DNA of 64,000 nucleotides, taken from positions 1-64,000 of the forward strand of contig CBDESZ010000001.1 in the NCBI GenBank assembly GCA_965242725.1. Reading direction: 5' to 3'. A program made the position numbers and the translations under genes. The stretch comes from Alkalispirochaeta sp. (lineage in GTDB: Bacteria; Spirochaetota; Spirochaetia; DSM-27196; Alkalispirochaetaceae). The notes below the pieces were generated by a model that saw nothing but the letters and a program-made list of their open reading frames with translations, was not told where the DNA came from and made no database searches. Position 1 is the stretch's first letter; each line of letters begins with the position of its first letter. This document shows positions 20,801-30,626 of this stretch, one piece after another.

Positions 20801-21921
20801 TACTCCTCGTCCAGCACCTCCTTGAGATGGCCAGGCATGTCCGCCATTTCCATTTCGTTGCGCCGTTCCTTCAGGCGGTACAGCTCCGCGTCGACACGCT
20901 CGAGAATGTCGTCCACCGATTCCACATTCGCTTCATACAGTCCGATGGTGAGGGAGACACCCGGCGAGTTTGTGTTGTTGTATACGCCGATTTTCTCAAG
21001 GATGCGGTCTTTTGCGTGCTCTGCCGCGCTTCGATCGGAATCGGGCAGGAGAATGAGAAACTCGTCGCCACCATAGCGGGCGACGATATCAACCTTTCGT
21101 ACGGAATCGGTGATAATGGCGGCAACGCTCTTGAGTATACCGTCGCCGGTTGTGTGACCGTGACGGTCGTTGATTTCCTTGAAATCGTCGAGGTCAACCA
21201 TGATGACGCTGAAAACGGTGCCGTGCCGCTTGACCCGATTCTTCTCGCGCTCAAGCTGCCTCGCGATGACCCGGCGATTGTAGACGTTGGTCAGGGGATC
21301 GACGGCGGCAATCCGCTTGAGAACGCGGGTGTAGTAACTGCGCTCAATGGCGATCGCTGCAAAATCGGCGATGGTCGTGAGGAGCTTCAGCTCCAACGCG
21401 GTAAAACTGTGGCCGTTGATCTTGTTCACCAGCTCAATGACGCCGAATACCTCTCCCCCGGTCACCAGGGGAACACCGATTATGGAATGGGTGGTGAACC
21501 CGATGGATTCGTCGATTGAGTTGTCAAAGCGGGGATCCTTTGTGACGTCCGAGACGATGACGGGCTGGGCGTTTTCGGCGATCCACCCCGCGATTCCCTG
21601 CCCGCGGCGGAGTTTTTCTCCCCGCAGATCCCCCGATGCGCTGCCGATTACGATCTCAAAGGTGAGCTCTCCGGTCGATCGGTTCCGCAGCAGGAGCGAC
21701 CAGTGTTCCGGTGCAAAGACACGCCCTATGTGTTCCATCACCGTCTCCACCGTCTCCCTGAGCGTCTTTGTCGACGCGATCGCCGTGCCGATTTCGGCGA
21801 AGAAACTGAGTTTTACCAGATCATTGAACTCCCCCTCCTCACCGTACTGACCGGCAGGAGGCGGCGAATAGGGGACGTTTACCCGTTTCCGGGAGGGCGT
21901 CTTGTGATAACCGTCCATCAT
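20797..21921 (-). CDS. GAF-sensor diguanylate cyclase
   Basis: GAF domain (GIAGW...SIIGVPL...GVIELVNK); DPLTNVYNRR, RKVD I-site and RYGGDEF. Confidence 0.93.
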   Translation of the reverse strand: MMDGYHKTPSRKRVNVPYSPPPAGQYGEEGEFNDLVKLSFFAEIGTAIASTKTLRETVETVMEHIGRVFAPEHWSLLLRNRSTGELTFEIVIGSASGDLRGEKLRRGQGIAGWIAENAQPVIVSDVTKDPRFDNSIDESIGFTTHSIIGVPLVTGGEVFGVIELVNKINGHSFTALELKLLTTIADFAAIAIERSYYTRVLKRIAAVDPLTNVYNRRVIARQLEREKNRVKRHGTVFSVIMVDLDDFKEINDRHGHTTGDGILKSVAAIITDSVRKVDIVARYGGDEFLILLPDSDRSAAEHAKDRILEKIGVYNNTNSPGVSLTIGLYEANVESVDDILERVDAELYRLKERRNEMEMADMPGHLKEVLDEEY

Positions 21922-22349
21922 GAGTTCTCCTCGAGGGACTTCTCCATCGCGCGCCATGGCAATAACGCGCATTCCCGTCTCCGGGGGTTGTTCTGAAGGG
22001 ATTTAAAAATGACAATATCATCGGGCAGCATTTCATCCGACGCCATTCCTTCCCTATCATCGGTAATATATCGTTCAACGTTACGGGCAACCATTTCCGC
22101 ATCCTTCCGGGACATATCAAGAATGGAGTCACTCATGAGTGCCGTGGATGCCGTACAGATGGCACATCCCCGCACCCTGAAGGTACACTCCGTGATGATA
22201 CCACTCTCCTCGGTGATACGTACTTCCACCTCGTCGCCACACAGGGCGTTTTTTGCGATTCCCCGGTGGGTGAATCCGTCATGAAGCGTTCCGTTCCGGT
22301 CGGAACGGGCGTACATCAATAGCGTTTCCCGCAGCTCTGCCTCTTCCAC
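21918..22349 (-). CDS. SufU/IscU-family Fe-S scaffold or sulfur-transfer protein
   Basis: LCGDE, GCAICTAS and RRECALLPW motifs. Confidence 0.88.
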   Translation of the reverse strand: MEEAELRETLLMYARSDRNGTLHDGFTHRGIAKNALCGDEVEVRITEESGIITECTFRVRGCAICTASTALMSDSILDMSRKDAEMVARNVERYITDDREGMASDEMLPDDIVIFKSLQNNPRRRECALLPWRAMEKSLEENS

Positions 22350-22455
22350 GGGACTATACTACCGGGAATATTTCAAAAATGTAATCTCGCCGAAATGGTG
22401 ACGTAACCCTTCTATCGGATCTTTGCTATCAGTGAAGGTAGATGGAGGTACGTAC

Positions 22456-24033
22456 ATGAAAGAACGAATAAAAAAAATAATCCAACGCTCGGCGATCGTC
22501 GTTGCCGTCGGGGTCGTCGGGTTTGCCGGCGGACTGACCGCAACGTTTGTAGGCGGCGGCAATGAGACCGTCACCATCAATCCCGGGGGCGGACAGTCCG
22601 ACGCGGTGGAGCACATTCCTGCGGCGTCACTCTTTTCCCAGTCTGAAGAGTGGGATGAATCGGGGACACCAGTTGCACTCACCGAGGATTCGGCGAGTAT
22701 GGTAGCGCGCTCCTTCCAGGAGCAGTTCAGGAAGGTGAGTGCCGCGACATTGCCGGTGGTTGTGGAAATCAACGTCGTGAACAAGGTGACCCGTCGGGTC
22801 CAGCCAAACCCCTTTGAGTTTTTCTTCGGTCCGGAACGCGGCAGGGAGCGCGGAACGGAACCGGAAGAGCGTGAATTCTCGATGCGCGGCATGGGATCCG
22901 GCGTCATTATCGGCCGGGACGGCGATACGGTCTACGTCCTGACCAATAACCACGTCGCCGGTGAGGCGGACGAAATCGAGATCGGTCTCTACGACGGCCG
23001 CACCTTTGAAGCGGAACTTGTCGGCGGCGACGAGCTTATCGACCTCGCCATGCTCTCATTTGAGACGGACGAAGAGGTCCCCATCGCGACGCTGGGAAAC
23101 TCAAGTTCCCTTCAGCCCGGTGACTGGGTCTTCGCCGTTGGCAATCCTCTGGGATTCGAGTCGACCATTACCGCAGGTATCGTCAGCGCCACATCCCGCG
23201 CGGCGGGGGCACAGTCGGGCATGAGCGGTATCACCGACTATATCCAGACCGACGCGGCGATCAATCGGGGCAATTCCGGTGGCCCTCTCGTAAACATCGA
23301 GGGTGAAGTTGTCGGTATCAACACGTGGATCGCCTCAAACAGCGGCGGAAGCATCGGTATCGGCTTTGCAATTCCCGTCAACAACGCCCGCAGAGCGATT
23401 GAAGACTTCATTCAGAGCGGCGAGGTATCCTACTCATGGCTCGGGGTTCAGGTTTCAACGCTCACTCCCGACTACGCCGAGGAAATGGGCCTGGACACCA
23501 CCGAAGGCGCCTTTGTAACGGCGGTATACGGTAATTCTCCTGCAGCCCAGTCCGGTATCGAAGCAGGCGACACCATCGTCTCCGTGGACGGTAAAAAAAT
23601 CCGCGACAGCAATGAACTTGTCCGCAATATCGCCAACCTCACACCGGGACAGAGCGTACCGTTTGTGATCATACGGGACGGCCGGCGCATATCGATTACC
23701 GTCAGAACGGGGCGACGAAATGAAGAGGCCACAACGTCCACCGACGTATGGCCGGGAATGTCGGTCGCACCGATTTCCGACGACGTACGGGAACAGCTCG
23801 AACTCAACCGCCGCGTCCGGGGCGTCATCGTCTCCTCGGTACAGGCCCAGAGCCAGGCCCAGCAGAGCGGCCTGCGACGGGGGGATATTCTCACCGCGAT
23901 CAATGGCGAGGAAGTCTCGTCGGTGCGGGAGTTCTACAACATCCTCGCCGACGTGGAGGATGAAGAGGTACAGTTCCGCGTGCTGAGAAACGGACAGCAG
24001 CTCATCCTCGGCTTTGTGAGACCGACGGAGTAG
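22456..24033 (+). CDS. degP: DegP/HtrA (Do) serine protease with two PDZ domains
   Basis: GSGVII, LTNNHV, DLAML and IQTDAAINRGNSGGPL; two PDZ domains. Confidence 0.93.
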   Translation: MKERIKKIIQRSAIVVAVGVVGFAGGLTATFVGGGNETVTINPGGGQSDAVEHIPAASLFSQSEEWDESGTPVALTEDSASMVARSFQEQFRKVSAATLPVVVEINVVNKVTRRVQPNPFEFFFGPERGRERGTEPEEREFSMRGMGSGVIIGRDGDTVYVLTNNHVAGEADEIEIGLYDGRTFEAELVGGDELIDLAMLSFETDEEVPIATLGNSSSLQPGDWVFAVGNPLGFESTITAGIVSATSRAAGAQSGMSGITDYIQTDAAINRGNSGGPLVNIEGEVVGINTWIASNSGGSIGIGFAIPVNNARRAIEDFIQSGEVSYSWLGVQVSTLTPDYAEEMGLDTTEGAFVTAVYGNSPAAQSGIEAGDTIVSVDGKKIRDSNELVRNIANLTPGQSVPFVIIRDGRRISITVRTGRRNEEATTSTDVWPGMSVAPISDDVREQLELNRRVRGVIVSSVQAQSQAQQSGLRRGDILTAINGEEVSSVREFYNILADVEDEEVQFRVLRNGQQLILGFVRPTE

Positions 24034-24163
24034 TAAAATAGTCGAATCGGGCGCCGGCGTCCGCTCCGCCCCGAGGCGGGAGGGGCGCCGCCCGATCGCG
24101 GCGCGCCCGGCGTTGGAAAATATCGCGTCCCATGGTATCAATAGAGGCTTGAAGGAGTGACGA

Positions 24164-24907
24164 ATGGATATTCATATATACCCATCCAAGAATGACATGG
24201 GACGCGCCGCAGCTGAACAGGCCGGTCGGATCTTGAAGGATCTATTATCCCGCAAGGCGGTGGTACGATTTATCGCCGCAACCGGCGCCTCCCAGTTTGA
24301 GTTCCTTGACCACCTCTGTTCCCTCAAAGATATCGACTGGAGCAGGACGGAGATGTTTCACCTGGATGAATATGTCGGCATCGATGAAACCCATCCGGCA
24401 AGTTTTGTCGGATATCTCAGGGAACGGCTCGTAAATCGGGTCAAGCCGGGTGCCGTTCACTTTCTCAACGGAGCCGCACCTGATCCGGAAGCGGAACGGC
24501 AACGTCTCTCCCGGTTCATCAGTGAAGCACCGGTGGATATCGCGTTTATCGGAATAGGAGAAAACGGGCATATCGCCTTCAACGATCCCCCCGCCGATTT
24601 TGAGACGGAGGAACCCTATCTGATTCTGAATCTCGACGAGCAATGTCGACAACAGCAGGTCGGGGAGGGGTGGTTTTCCGGATTGGCGGACGTTCCGCCG
24701 CAGGCATATACGATGTCGGTACGACAGATATTAAAATCGGAGCATATCATCTGCACCGTCCCGGACAGGCGCAAGGCCGACGCGGTGGGAAGCTGTCTCG
24801 GTAAAGACGTCGAGATATCGCCCATGCGCCCCGCCTCCATCCTCAAAACGCACAAACGGTGCGACGTCTTCCTCGATGATGCCGCGGCGACCAAACTCGA
24901 CCGGTAA
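24164..24907 (+). CDS. nagB: Glucosamine-6-phosphate deaminase family protein
   Basis: ATGASQ, FHLDEY, GIGENGHIAFNDP and PASIL motifs. Confidence 0.8.
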   Translation: MDIHIYPSKNDMGRAAAEQAGRILKDLLSRKAVVRFIAATGASQFEFLDHLCSLKDIDWSRTEMFHLDEYVGIDETHPASFVGYLRERLVNRVKPGAVHFLNGAAPDPEAERQRLSRFISEAPVDIAFIGIGENGHIAFNDPPADFETEEPYLILNLDEQCRQQQVGEGWFSGLADVPPQAYTMSVRQILKSEHIICTVPDRRKADAVGSCLGKDVEISPMRPASILKTHKRCDVFLDDAAATKLDR

Positions 24908-24920
24908 AACTCGTCGCCCC

Positions 24921-25673
24921 TTACAGTTTACGCACCCGTCCCCGGAAATCGGCGATGAACTGTCTGTTCCACTCGTCGCCGCCCGGGGCATTCCCGCTGC
25001 GCCAGATCGGGGGCGTGATACCACGAGCCCGCAGGAGGCGTACCGTTTCCGCCACGAGGGCATTCATGACAAATGCGTTGGCAAAGGTCGACATCGGGCC
25101 GATCTTCTGCTCCACCCCTTCCACGGAGAGCACGGCGTCGCCGATCTCGAGTTTACTGTCTATGGAAATGTCCACGAGATCGTGCAGGTTCTGCGTCGTC
25201 GGATGGCGTGCCGGGTGGTCCGTTGCCGTCTCACTGGCGTGCTTCACCGAGCTAATGCCGATCGTCGTTACCCCTCGTTCCCGCGCCGTGAGAGCGGCAT
25301 CGATTGTCGCGGCGTTAATTCCGTAAGCATTTACAATGATCAGTACGTCTCCGGCGGAGAGGCCCTCATTTTCAATGACGATTCGTCCATATCCCGGTGT
25401 TCGCTCGATCGCCATTGACCGCAGTGCGCCGTTGTTCAGGAGCGTCCCCTCATCGAGAATGGCGTTGACGTGCATCAGTCCCCCGGCACGGAAAAATACT
25501 TCCTGCGTCGCCAGATTGGAATGTCCGCCTGGCCCGTACACATGAATCAGTCGGTCCTCACCAATCTGATCGGCGAGAATCGCGGCAGCACGTCCGATCG
25601 TCTCCTCCTCTTCAGCTGAGATACGCGACAGGTGGCTGTTTATGTGTTGAAGATACTGATCAATCAATGTCAT
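24921..25673 (-). CDS. SIS-domain sugar-phosphate isomerase/binding protein (UPF0309-like)
   Basis: GPGGHS, EVFFRAGGL, NAYGINA and PPIWRSGN motifs. Confidence 0.85.
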   Translation of the reverse strand: MTLIDQYLQHINSHLSRISAEEEETIGRAAAILADQIGEDRLIHVYGPGGHSNLATQEVFFRAGGLMHVNAILDEGTLLNNGALRSMAIERTPGYGRIVIENEGLSAGDVLIIVNAYGINAATIDAALTARERGVTTIGISSVKHASETATDHPARHPTTQNLHDLVDISIDSKLEIGDAVLSVEGVEQKIGPMSTFANAFVMNALVAETVRLLRARGITPPIWRSGNAPGGDEWNRQFIADFRGRVRKL

Positions 25674-25681
25674 GGTGACTC

Positions 25682-26515
25682 CTATGAAAGTTGGACTCGG
25701 ATATACGCCCGGTCGTCAAAGGAGACGTTTCCGGCGTTTACGCCTTTTGTCGATTTATACTCCCTGAAACACAGAGGATCCCGCTCGATGATTTCCCGGA
25801 GCAGCCGTTCCGACTCCTCAAGTGTGCCCTTCAATCGGGGATATCCATCCGACGCGAGCACCAGCTGTCGACTCGTTTCCGGCACCTGTTGGACCTGTAC
25901 CGCATGTTCAAGGTCACCGAGAAATCCATCGATCACGTAGTAGGCGTACTGATTGTCGTCACTCCGGTTTTGAAACCGTTTTTGTCGTACCAGCAGCTCC
26001 CTGATATACTGCCGCCCCGTATCTTCCGCACGGAGTTGGGCAACCGTCTTTCCTGAAAGGATTTCCGACTCAAGGTACATCGATCGAACTTCCGACAGAA
26101 GTGCGTCGGCGTCCTTCCATGCGGTAAATGCGGTGTCGTCCACCAGGGCCTGGCAGTCGCCTACCATCCACAATTCCGAGCGGGCGCGGCTGTAAATGAT
26201 GACCGCCGCGCTGGAGCGGTACTCCGGATTGTTCCGCGCCTTTTCAAAGATCGCTTCCTGATGGTACATCTCGGCTACCGCAGCGTTGAGACGGCGGAAC
26301 ATCTCTTCCGGGGCGAGGTCTCCAGGCGCGTCATCGAGAACCGCCGCCATCGTGACGACGGCTTTCTTGCCGGGCGTCCTGTCGCCGAGGTAGTCGGTAA
26401 CCTGACTCGTCGTCCCGTCAAGGACGGCGACAAATCGGTCATTGACGACGATTGCATCCTCACACGACTCGGTATCGCCGGCCTTTCCCATTAGAAACTG
26501 TTCTAGAATACGCAT
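25682..26515 (-). CDS. PP2C-like (PPM-fold) phosphatase
   Basis: CED, AVLDG, VGDC, LASDG and DDRAY metal-binding motifs. Confidence 0.7.
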   Translation of the reverse strand: MRILEQFLMGKAGDTESCEDAIVVNDRFVAVLDGTTSQVTDYLGDRTPGKKAVVTMAAVLDDAPGDLAPEEMFRRLNAAVAEMYHQEAIFEKARNNPEYRSSAAVIIYSRARSELWMVGDCQALVDDTAFTAWKDADALLSEVRSMYLESEILSGKTVAQLRAEDTGRQYIRELLVRQKRFQNRSDDNQYAYYVIDGFLGDLEHAVQVQQVPETSRQLVLASDGYPRLKGTLEESERLLREIIERDPLCFREYKSTKGVNAGNVSFDDRAYIRVQLS

Positions 26516-26538
26516 ACAACCTCGCTTTACGGCGGGCG

Positions 26539-28266
26539 TCACCCGAGCTTGAAGCTTGACGAAATAGAACGTCCAAGCATTCGGTTCATCACGTAGACCA
26601 CCACAAAGACCGTCAGCAGAAGCATCACCGAAAGGGCCGCCCCCTGACCGAAGTATCCGTCCTGTACCGCCGAAAAAATTCGCACCGGGACGGTACGGGT
26701 TTGGGCACTGTACAGAAGAATGGTGGTACTCAGCTCCTGAAGAAGCGTCGCGAAAGTCAGGATCGTTCCCGCGATGATTCCCGACAATATCAATGGAAAT
26801 GTGACGCGCCGAAAGGTATAGAGCCAGTTGGCTCCCATGATCATGGAAGACTCTTCAAGCGTCTCATCAAGCTGGGTCAGGCTGGCGACGACGGACCGAA
26901 AGACATAGGGTGTGCGGCGAACGACAAATGCGATGAGAATAATGGCATAAGTTCCACCCAGAGGAATCAGTGCGTTTCCGGAAAAAGCCGAGAGCAGTGC
27001 AACGGAGACGACAATTCCCGGCAGGATAAAGGGAGCCATAACCGCGAGATCGAGGATGATCGCCCCTTTCGGCCGGCGCCGCTCGGTTATATAGGCCACC
27101 GTGGATCCGAGGATAGCCGTAATCAACGACGCGGTAATCGACAGGAAGAGGGAGTTAAAAATCTCCGATGAGACCAACTCGGGTATGCGCAGGTAATTCT
27201 GAAAGGTGAAGCCTGTGGGCAGGAGACCGCGCCACTGCTCAAAGAAGGACATGATGATGATCGTAATATTTGGCAGCATCGCAACGACGAGAACAATGGT
27301 GCAGTAGAGAACCGCGATTGTACGCACCGCCCAGTGGGTATGGAGGTGCTGTTCTGACCGGGAACTTGAAATCGTCTCGTACTCCCTGCGACTGATGACG
27401 TACTTCTGAAGGAGAAGGGCGCCACCGGTGATGACGACGCTGACCATGGCGATGGCTGCCGCCGAGTTGAGGTCCCAGAAGCCGGTTACCCTGAAGTAGG
27501 TGAGCGTCGGCAGAACATACTGGTCGCCTCCGAGAATCGCGGGAATTCCGTAGTTCCCCATGGACCGAATGAATACGAGTATTGCCCCCGCTCCAAGACT
27601 CGGGATGACCAGCGGCAGCGTAATTGTGCGGAGAATGCGAGGACGGCGGGCACCCATCATCATCGCCGCTTCCTCCAGCATCGGATTGGCGGCGCTGAAG
27701 GCACCGTATGCAAGAAGAAAAACAAAGGGAAAGTAGGTCAACGACATGGCAAAAATAATGCCGCCGATTCCATAAATGCTCGGTATGACGATGCCCAGCG
27801 GTTCAAAAAGGCGGTTGAGAAACAGACGGATAATCCCCTGTCTGCCAAGAAGGATGATCCATGAAAACGCCCCGATGAATGAAGGCATGATAATCGGCAG
27901 TATTCCTATGGACAGGAAGAGATTCTTCAGCGGCATCTTTACCCTGGCGAGAAAGTATCCCATCGGTGCGCCAATCAGCGTCGCAAAGATTACCGACGAG
28001 ATACTCACCACAAAGGAGTTCCGCAGGCTGCGCTGATAGAGCGACGAGGTGGTGAAGCGGCGGAAATTTTCCCACCCGAGATTCTCCAGATCGATGGTAA
28101 ATCCCGAGCCGGAAAAAGCCCTGAGAACTGTGGTGACGAGGGGCCAGAAGAGAAAAAACACGAGAAAAAGCATGGGCAGGGCAAATATGAGATAGGGTGT
28201 CCAGTCCTTTTTCAGCAACCTCTCAAATCGTGACTCTTCCTGGTATCGATTGAAATCGGCGGCCAT
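26539..28266 (-). CDS. ABC permease, FbpB/AfuB-like double unit
   Basis: Two EAA loops (LEEAAMMMGA, LEESSMIMGA); PSFIGAFSW motif. Confidence 0.9.
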   Translation of the reverse strand: MAADFNRYQEESRFERLLKKDWTPYLIFALPMLFLVFFLFWPLVTTVLRAFSGSGFTIDLENLGWENFRRFTTSSLYQRSLRNSFVVSISSVIFATLIGAPMGYFLARVKMPLKNLFLSIGILPIIMPSFIGAFSWIILLGRQGIIRLFLNRLFEPLGIVIPSIYGIGGIIFAMSLTYFPFVFLLAYGAFSAANPMLEEAAMMMGARRPRILRTITLPLVIPSLGAGAILVFIRSMGNYGIPAILGGDQYVLPTLTYFRVTGFWDLNSAAAIAMVSVVITGGALLLQKYVISRREYETISSSRSEQHLHTHWAVRTIAVLYCTIVLVVAMLPNITIIIMSFFEQWRGLLPTGFTFQNYLRIPELVSSEIFNSLFLSITASLITAILGSTVAYITERRRPKGAIILDLAVMAPFILPGIVVSVALLSAFSGNALIPLGGTYAIILIAFVVRRTPYVFRSVVASLTQLDETLEESSMIMGANWLYTFRRVTFPLILSGIIAGTILTFATLLQELSTTILLYSAQTRTVPVRIFSAVQDGYFGQGAALSVMLLLTVFVVVYVMNRMLGRSISSSFKLG

Positions 28267-29420
28267 CAGAGCACCTCTTCCTCCGCCGCCGTATCGGCAA
28301 CGTCATCGGGGGGAAACATGAGGATTCGATCGAGGTCGATGTGTACCGTGACCTTATCACCCTCCACCACGTCGGGAACGGTGGTGCGCATATCAACCTC
28401 AACCGCGTCGGTTGCGTATCCATCTTCGACTTCCACTTCGTACCGGGTGATCTGGCCGAGATGTTGAATGACATTGACCGTCCCTACGATGCCGTCAGCG
28501 CCGACTCCCGGGGTGATGGTAAGATGCTCAGGCCGGCTTCCCACGTACAACGGGTCACCGGGATCCATCTCTCCTTCAATCTTTATGGAATCTCCCCGGG
28601 CGCTCACCAAGATGTCAGATCCCACCGTTGCCGTGAGCGTACCGGATCGTTCGTCACGGGACGCGACTGTTGCGGGGAAGAAATTCATTTTACCGATGAA
28701 GTTTGCAACGAATACACTTCTCGGTGAGCGGTAGAGGGCACCGGACGAGCCGATCTGCTCTACGTTTCCCTCGCGGAGGACCGCCATGCGATCGCCGATA
28801 GCCATCGCTTCTTCCTGATCGTGGGTAACAAATATCGTCGTAATCTTCGTGATCTTCTGGATTCGCCGAATTTCCGCCCGCATACGGCGCCGAAGTTTGG
28901 CATCCAGATTGGCCAAAGGCTCGTCGAGGAGGAGAATTTCCGGGTCATAGACGAGCGCCCGGGCGATCGCTACGCGCTGTTTCTGTCCACCCGAGAGTGC
29001 CGTGGGGCTTGGATTGCGCTTGAGCACATCCGGGAGGCGGACCAGATCCATGATTTCCTCAACCTTGCCTTTCACATCCTCCTCCGGGACCTTTCTGACC
29101 CGCAGTCCGTATGCCACATTTTCGTAGACACTCATATGCGGGTAGAGGGCAAAGCTCTGAAATACCATTCCGATATTCCGCCGAAAGGGAGGGATGGTGG
29201 TCACGTCCTGATTACCGTAATAGATTTTTCCGCCGGTAATCGCCTCCAGTCCGGCGGTGCATCGCAACAGTGTTGTTTTACCGCAGCCGCTGGGACCAAG
29301 CAAACAAAACAGCTCACCCGGTTCGACGGTAAAGGAGACGCCGTTCAACGCGTGTACCGGGTTTTGCCCCTGGGGATCAAAAACTTTCTCAACCCCCTCA
29401 TATGTCATACTCAGACTCAT
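28266..29420 (-). CDS. ABC ATP-binding protein (AfuC/PotA-like, TOBE domain)
   Basis: GPSGCGKTT, LSGGQKQR, LLDEPLANLDAKLR; GGAGG RBS. Confidence 0.92.
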   Translation of the reverse strand: MSLSMTYEGVEKVFDPQGQNPVHALNGVSFTVEPGELFCLLGPSGCGKTTLLRCTAGLEAITGGKIYYGNQDVTTIPPFRRNIGMVFQSFALYPHMSVYENVAYGLRVRKVPEEDVKGKVEEIMDLVRLPDVLKRNPSPTALSGGQKQRVAIARALVYDPEILLLDEPLANLDAKLRRRMRAEIRRIQKITKITTIFVTHDQEEAMAIGDRMAVLREGNVEQIGSSGALYRSPRSVFVANFIGKMNFFPATVASRDERSGTLTATVGSDILVSARGDSIKIEGEMDPGDPLYVGSRPEHLTITPGVGADGIVGTVNVIQHLGQITRYEVEVEDGYATDAVEVDMRTTVPDVVEGDKVTVHIDLDRILMFPPDDVADTAAEEEVL

Positions 29421-29517
29421 CAATCCTCCGTGGTTATCAGGTTCAGGGGTAGGACGAACAGCCCGCGACGAATCCCCATGGGAAATCCGTCGCGGCGCCA
29501 TACATGTTCAGGAACGA

Positions 29518-30510
29518 CTATTCAATCAAGTCTGAAAATCGGGTGGTGAGATCGTCCCGCATAGCCGCAGCCTCTTCAGCGTCATAGTCAAAGAAGGTGA
29601 TTTCGCTCAAAGGAGGTAGCGGTCCCGGTCCTGGAAATCCGGGGTGGACGACACGACGATCCCGCGTCTCGAGGATAATCTGATAGGCGTCTTCCGAGGT
29701 CAGAAAATCCATAAAGAGTTCTGCCGACCTGGGATTGGGGCCGCCTGCGATGATGCCTGAGGCATCAAAGCGACGTCCTGTGCCGTCCTCGGGATAGACG
29801 TAGGTGACGGGCGCACCTTCGCCGATGTAGCGGGCAATATTTCCTTCACCGGTCACGCCGATCGCGTATTCACCACGGGCGACGGACTCGGGGACGGCGG
29901 TGGAGCTGGAAACGAAGGTCGCCTGGGCAGCGACTTTTTCAAGGAACTCAAAGCCGTACAACCCGTTCATCATGAATATCTGGGCATAGGCGGAACCGGA
30001 AAGGGCGGGATTCGCCAGTATCAGTTCGCCTTCGTATTTCGGATCCACCAGATCCTCCCACGTCCTCGGATAGTCCGCTTCATCAAGAAGATCCGTATTT
30101 ACGATGAATGCCTGGAGCGGCATGGAAAAGCCGTAATAGCGCGGCTCATCGGCACGATCCCGTACCTCCGCGGGGATGTCCCCGTGATGTGCCGCGACAT
30201 AGCCGCGAAAGAGATCATAGTTTGCGTCAAAGGCTTCTTTGGCGATACCCAGGAGGATGTCGCCGCCGGGGTTGGGCTGTTCCGCCCGGAGACGCGTCAG
30301 CAGTTCCCCTGAACCGGCGCGGATAACGTCCACGCTGATATCGGGATACTGTTCCTGAAACGCCGATACCAGGGCTTGTGCCTCGTCCTCCGCCGCCGCA
30401 CTCCACACGGTTAACGCAGTGGGTTCCGCACTTTCCGGTTCTCCACTGGCAAAAGCGGTACCTGCCACAAAAAGAGCAACCAGTGCGCATAACAACACGT
30501 TTCGTATCAT
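29518..30510 (-). CDS. ABC substrate-binding protein (AfuA/Fbp-like family)
   Basis: FASG signal peptide; GSGELLTRL, PRTWEDL and ANPALSGSAY motifs. Confidence 0.88.
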   Translation of the reverse strand: MIRNVLLCALVALFVAGTAFASGEPESAEPTALTVWSAAAEDEAQALVSAFQEQYPDISVDVIRAGSGELLTRLRAEQPNPGGDILLGIAKEAFDANYDLFRGYVAAHHGDIPAEVRDRADEPRYYGFSMPLQAFIVNTDLLDEADYPRTWEDLVDPKYEGELILANPALSGSAYAQIFMMNGLYGFEFLEKVAAQATFVSSSTAVPESVARGEYAIGVTGEGNIARYIGEGAPVTYVYPEDGTGRRFDASGIIAGGPNPRSAELFMDFLTSEDAYQIILETRDRRVVHPGFPGPGPLPPLSEITFFDYDAEEAAAMRDDLTTRFSDLIE

Positions 30511-30626
30511 AGGAAAACCTCCTTACAGTTTCGCCACAACAGGCATTTTTCTTTTTTTGCCTATTGCTGCGGAATTTTACACCCATTCTCGATCATACAC
30601 AAGTTTTAATTACAAAACAAAAGTAT

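Noticed and set aside
26539..30510. Second ferric-iron transporter
   Set aside because: The binding protein lacks the iron-binding Tyr pair, there is no DtxR-type box, and the context is sugar catabolism.
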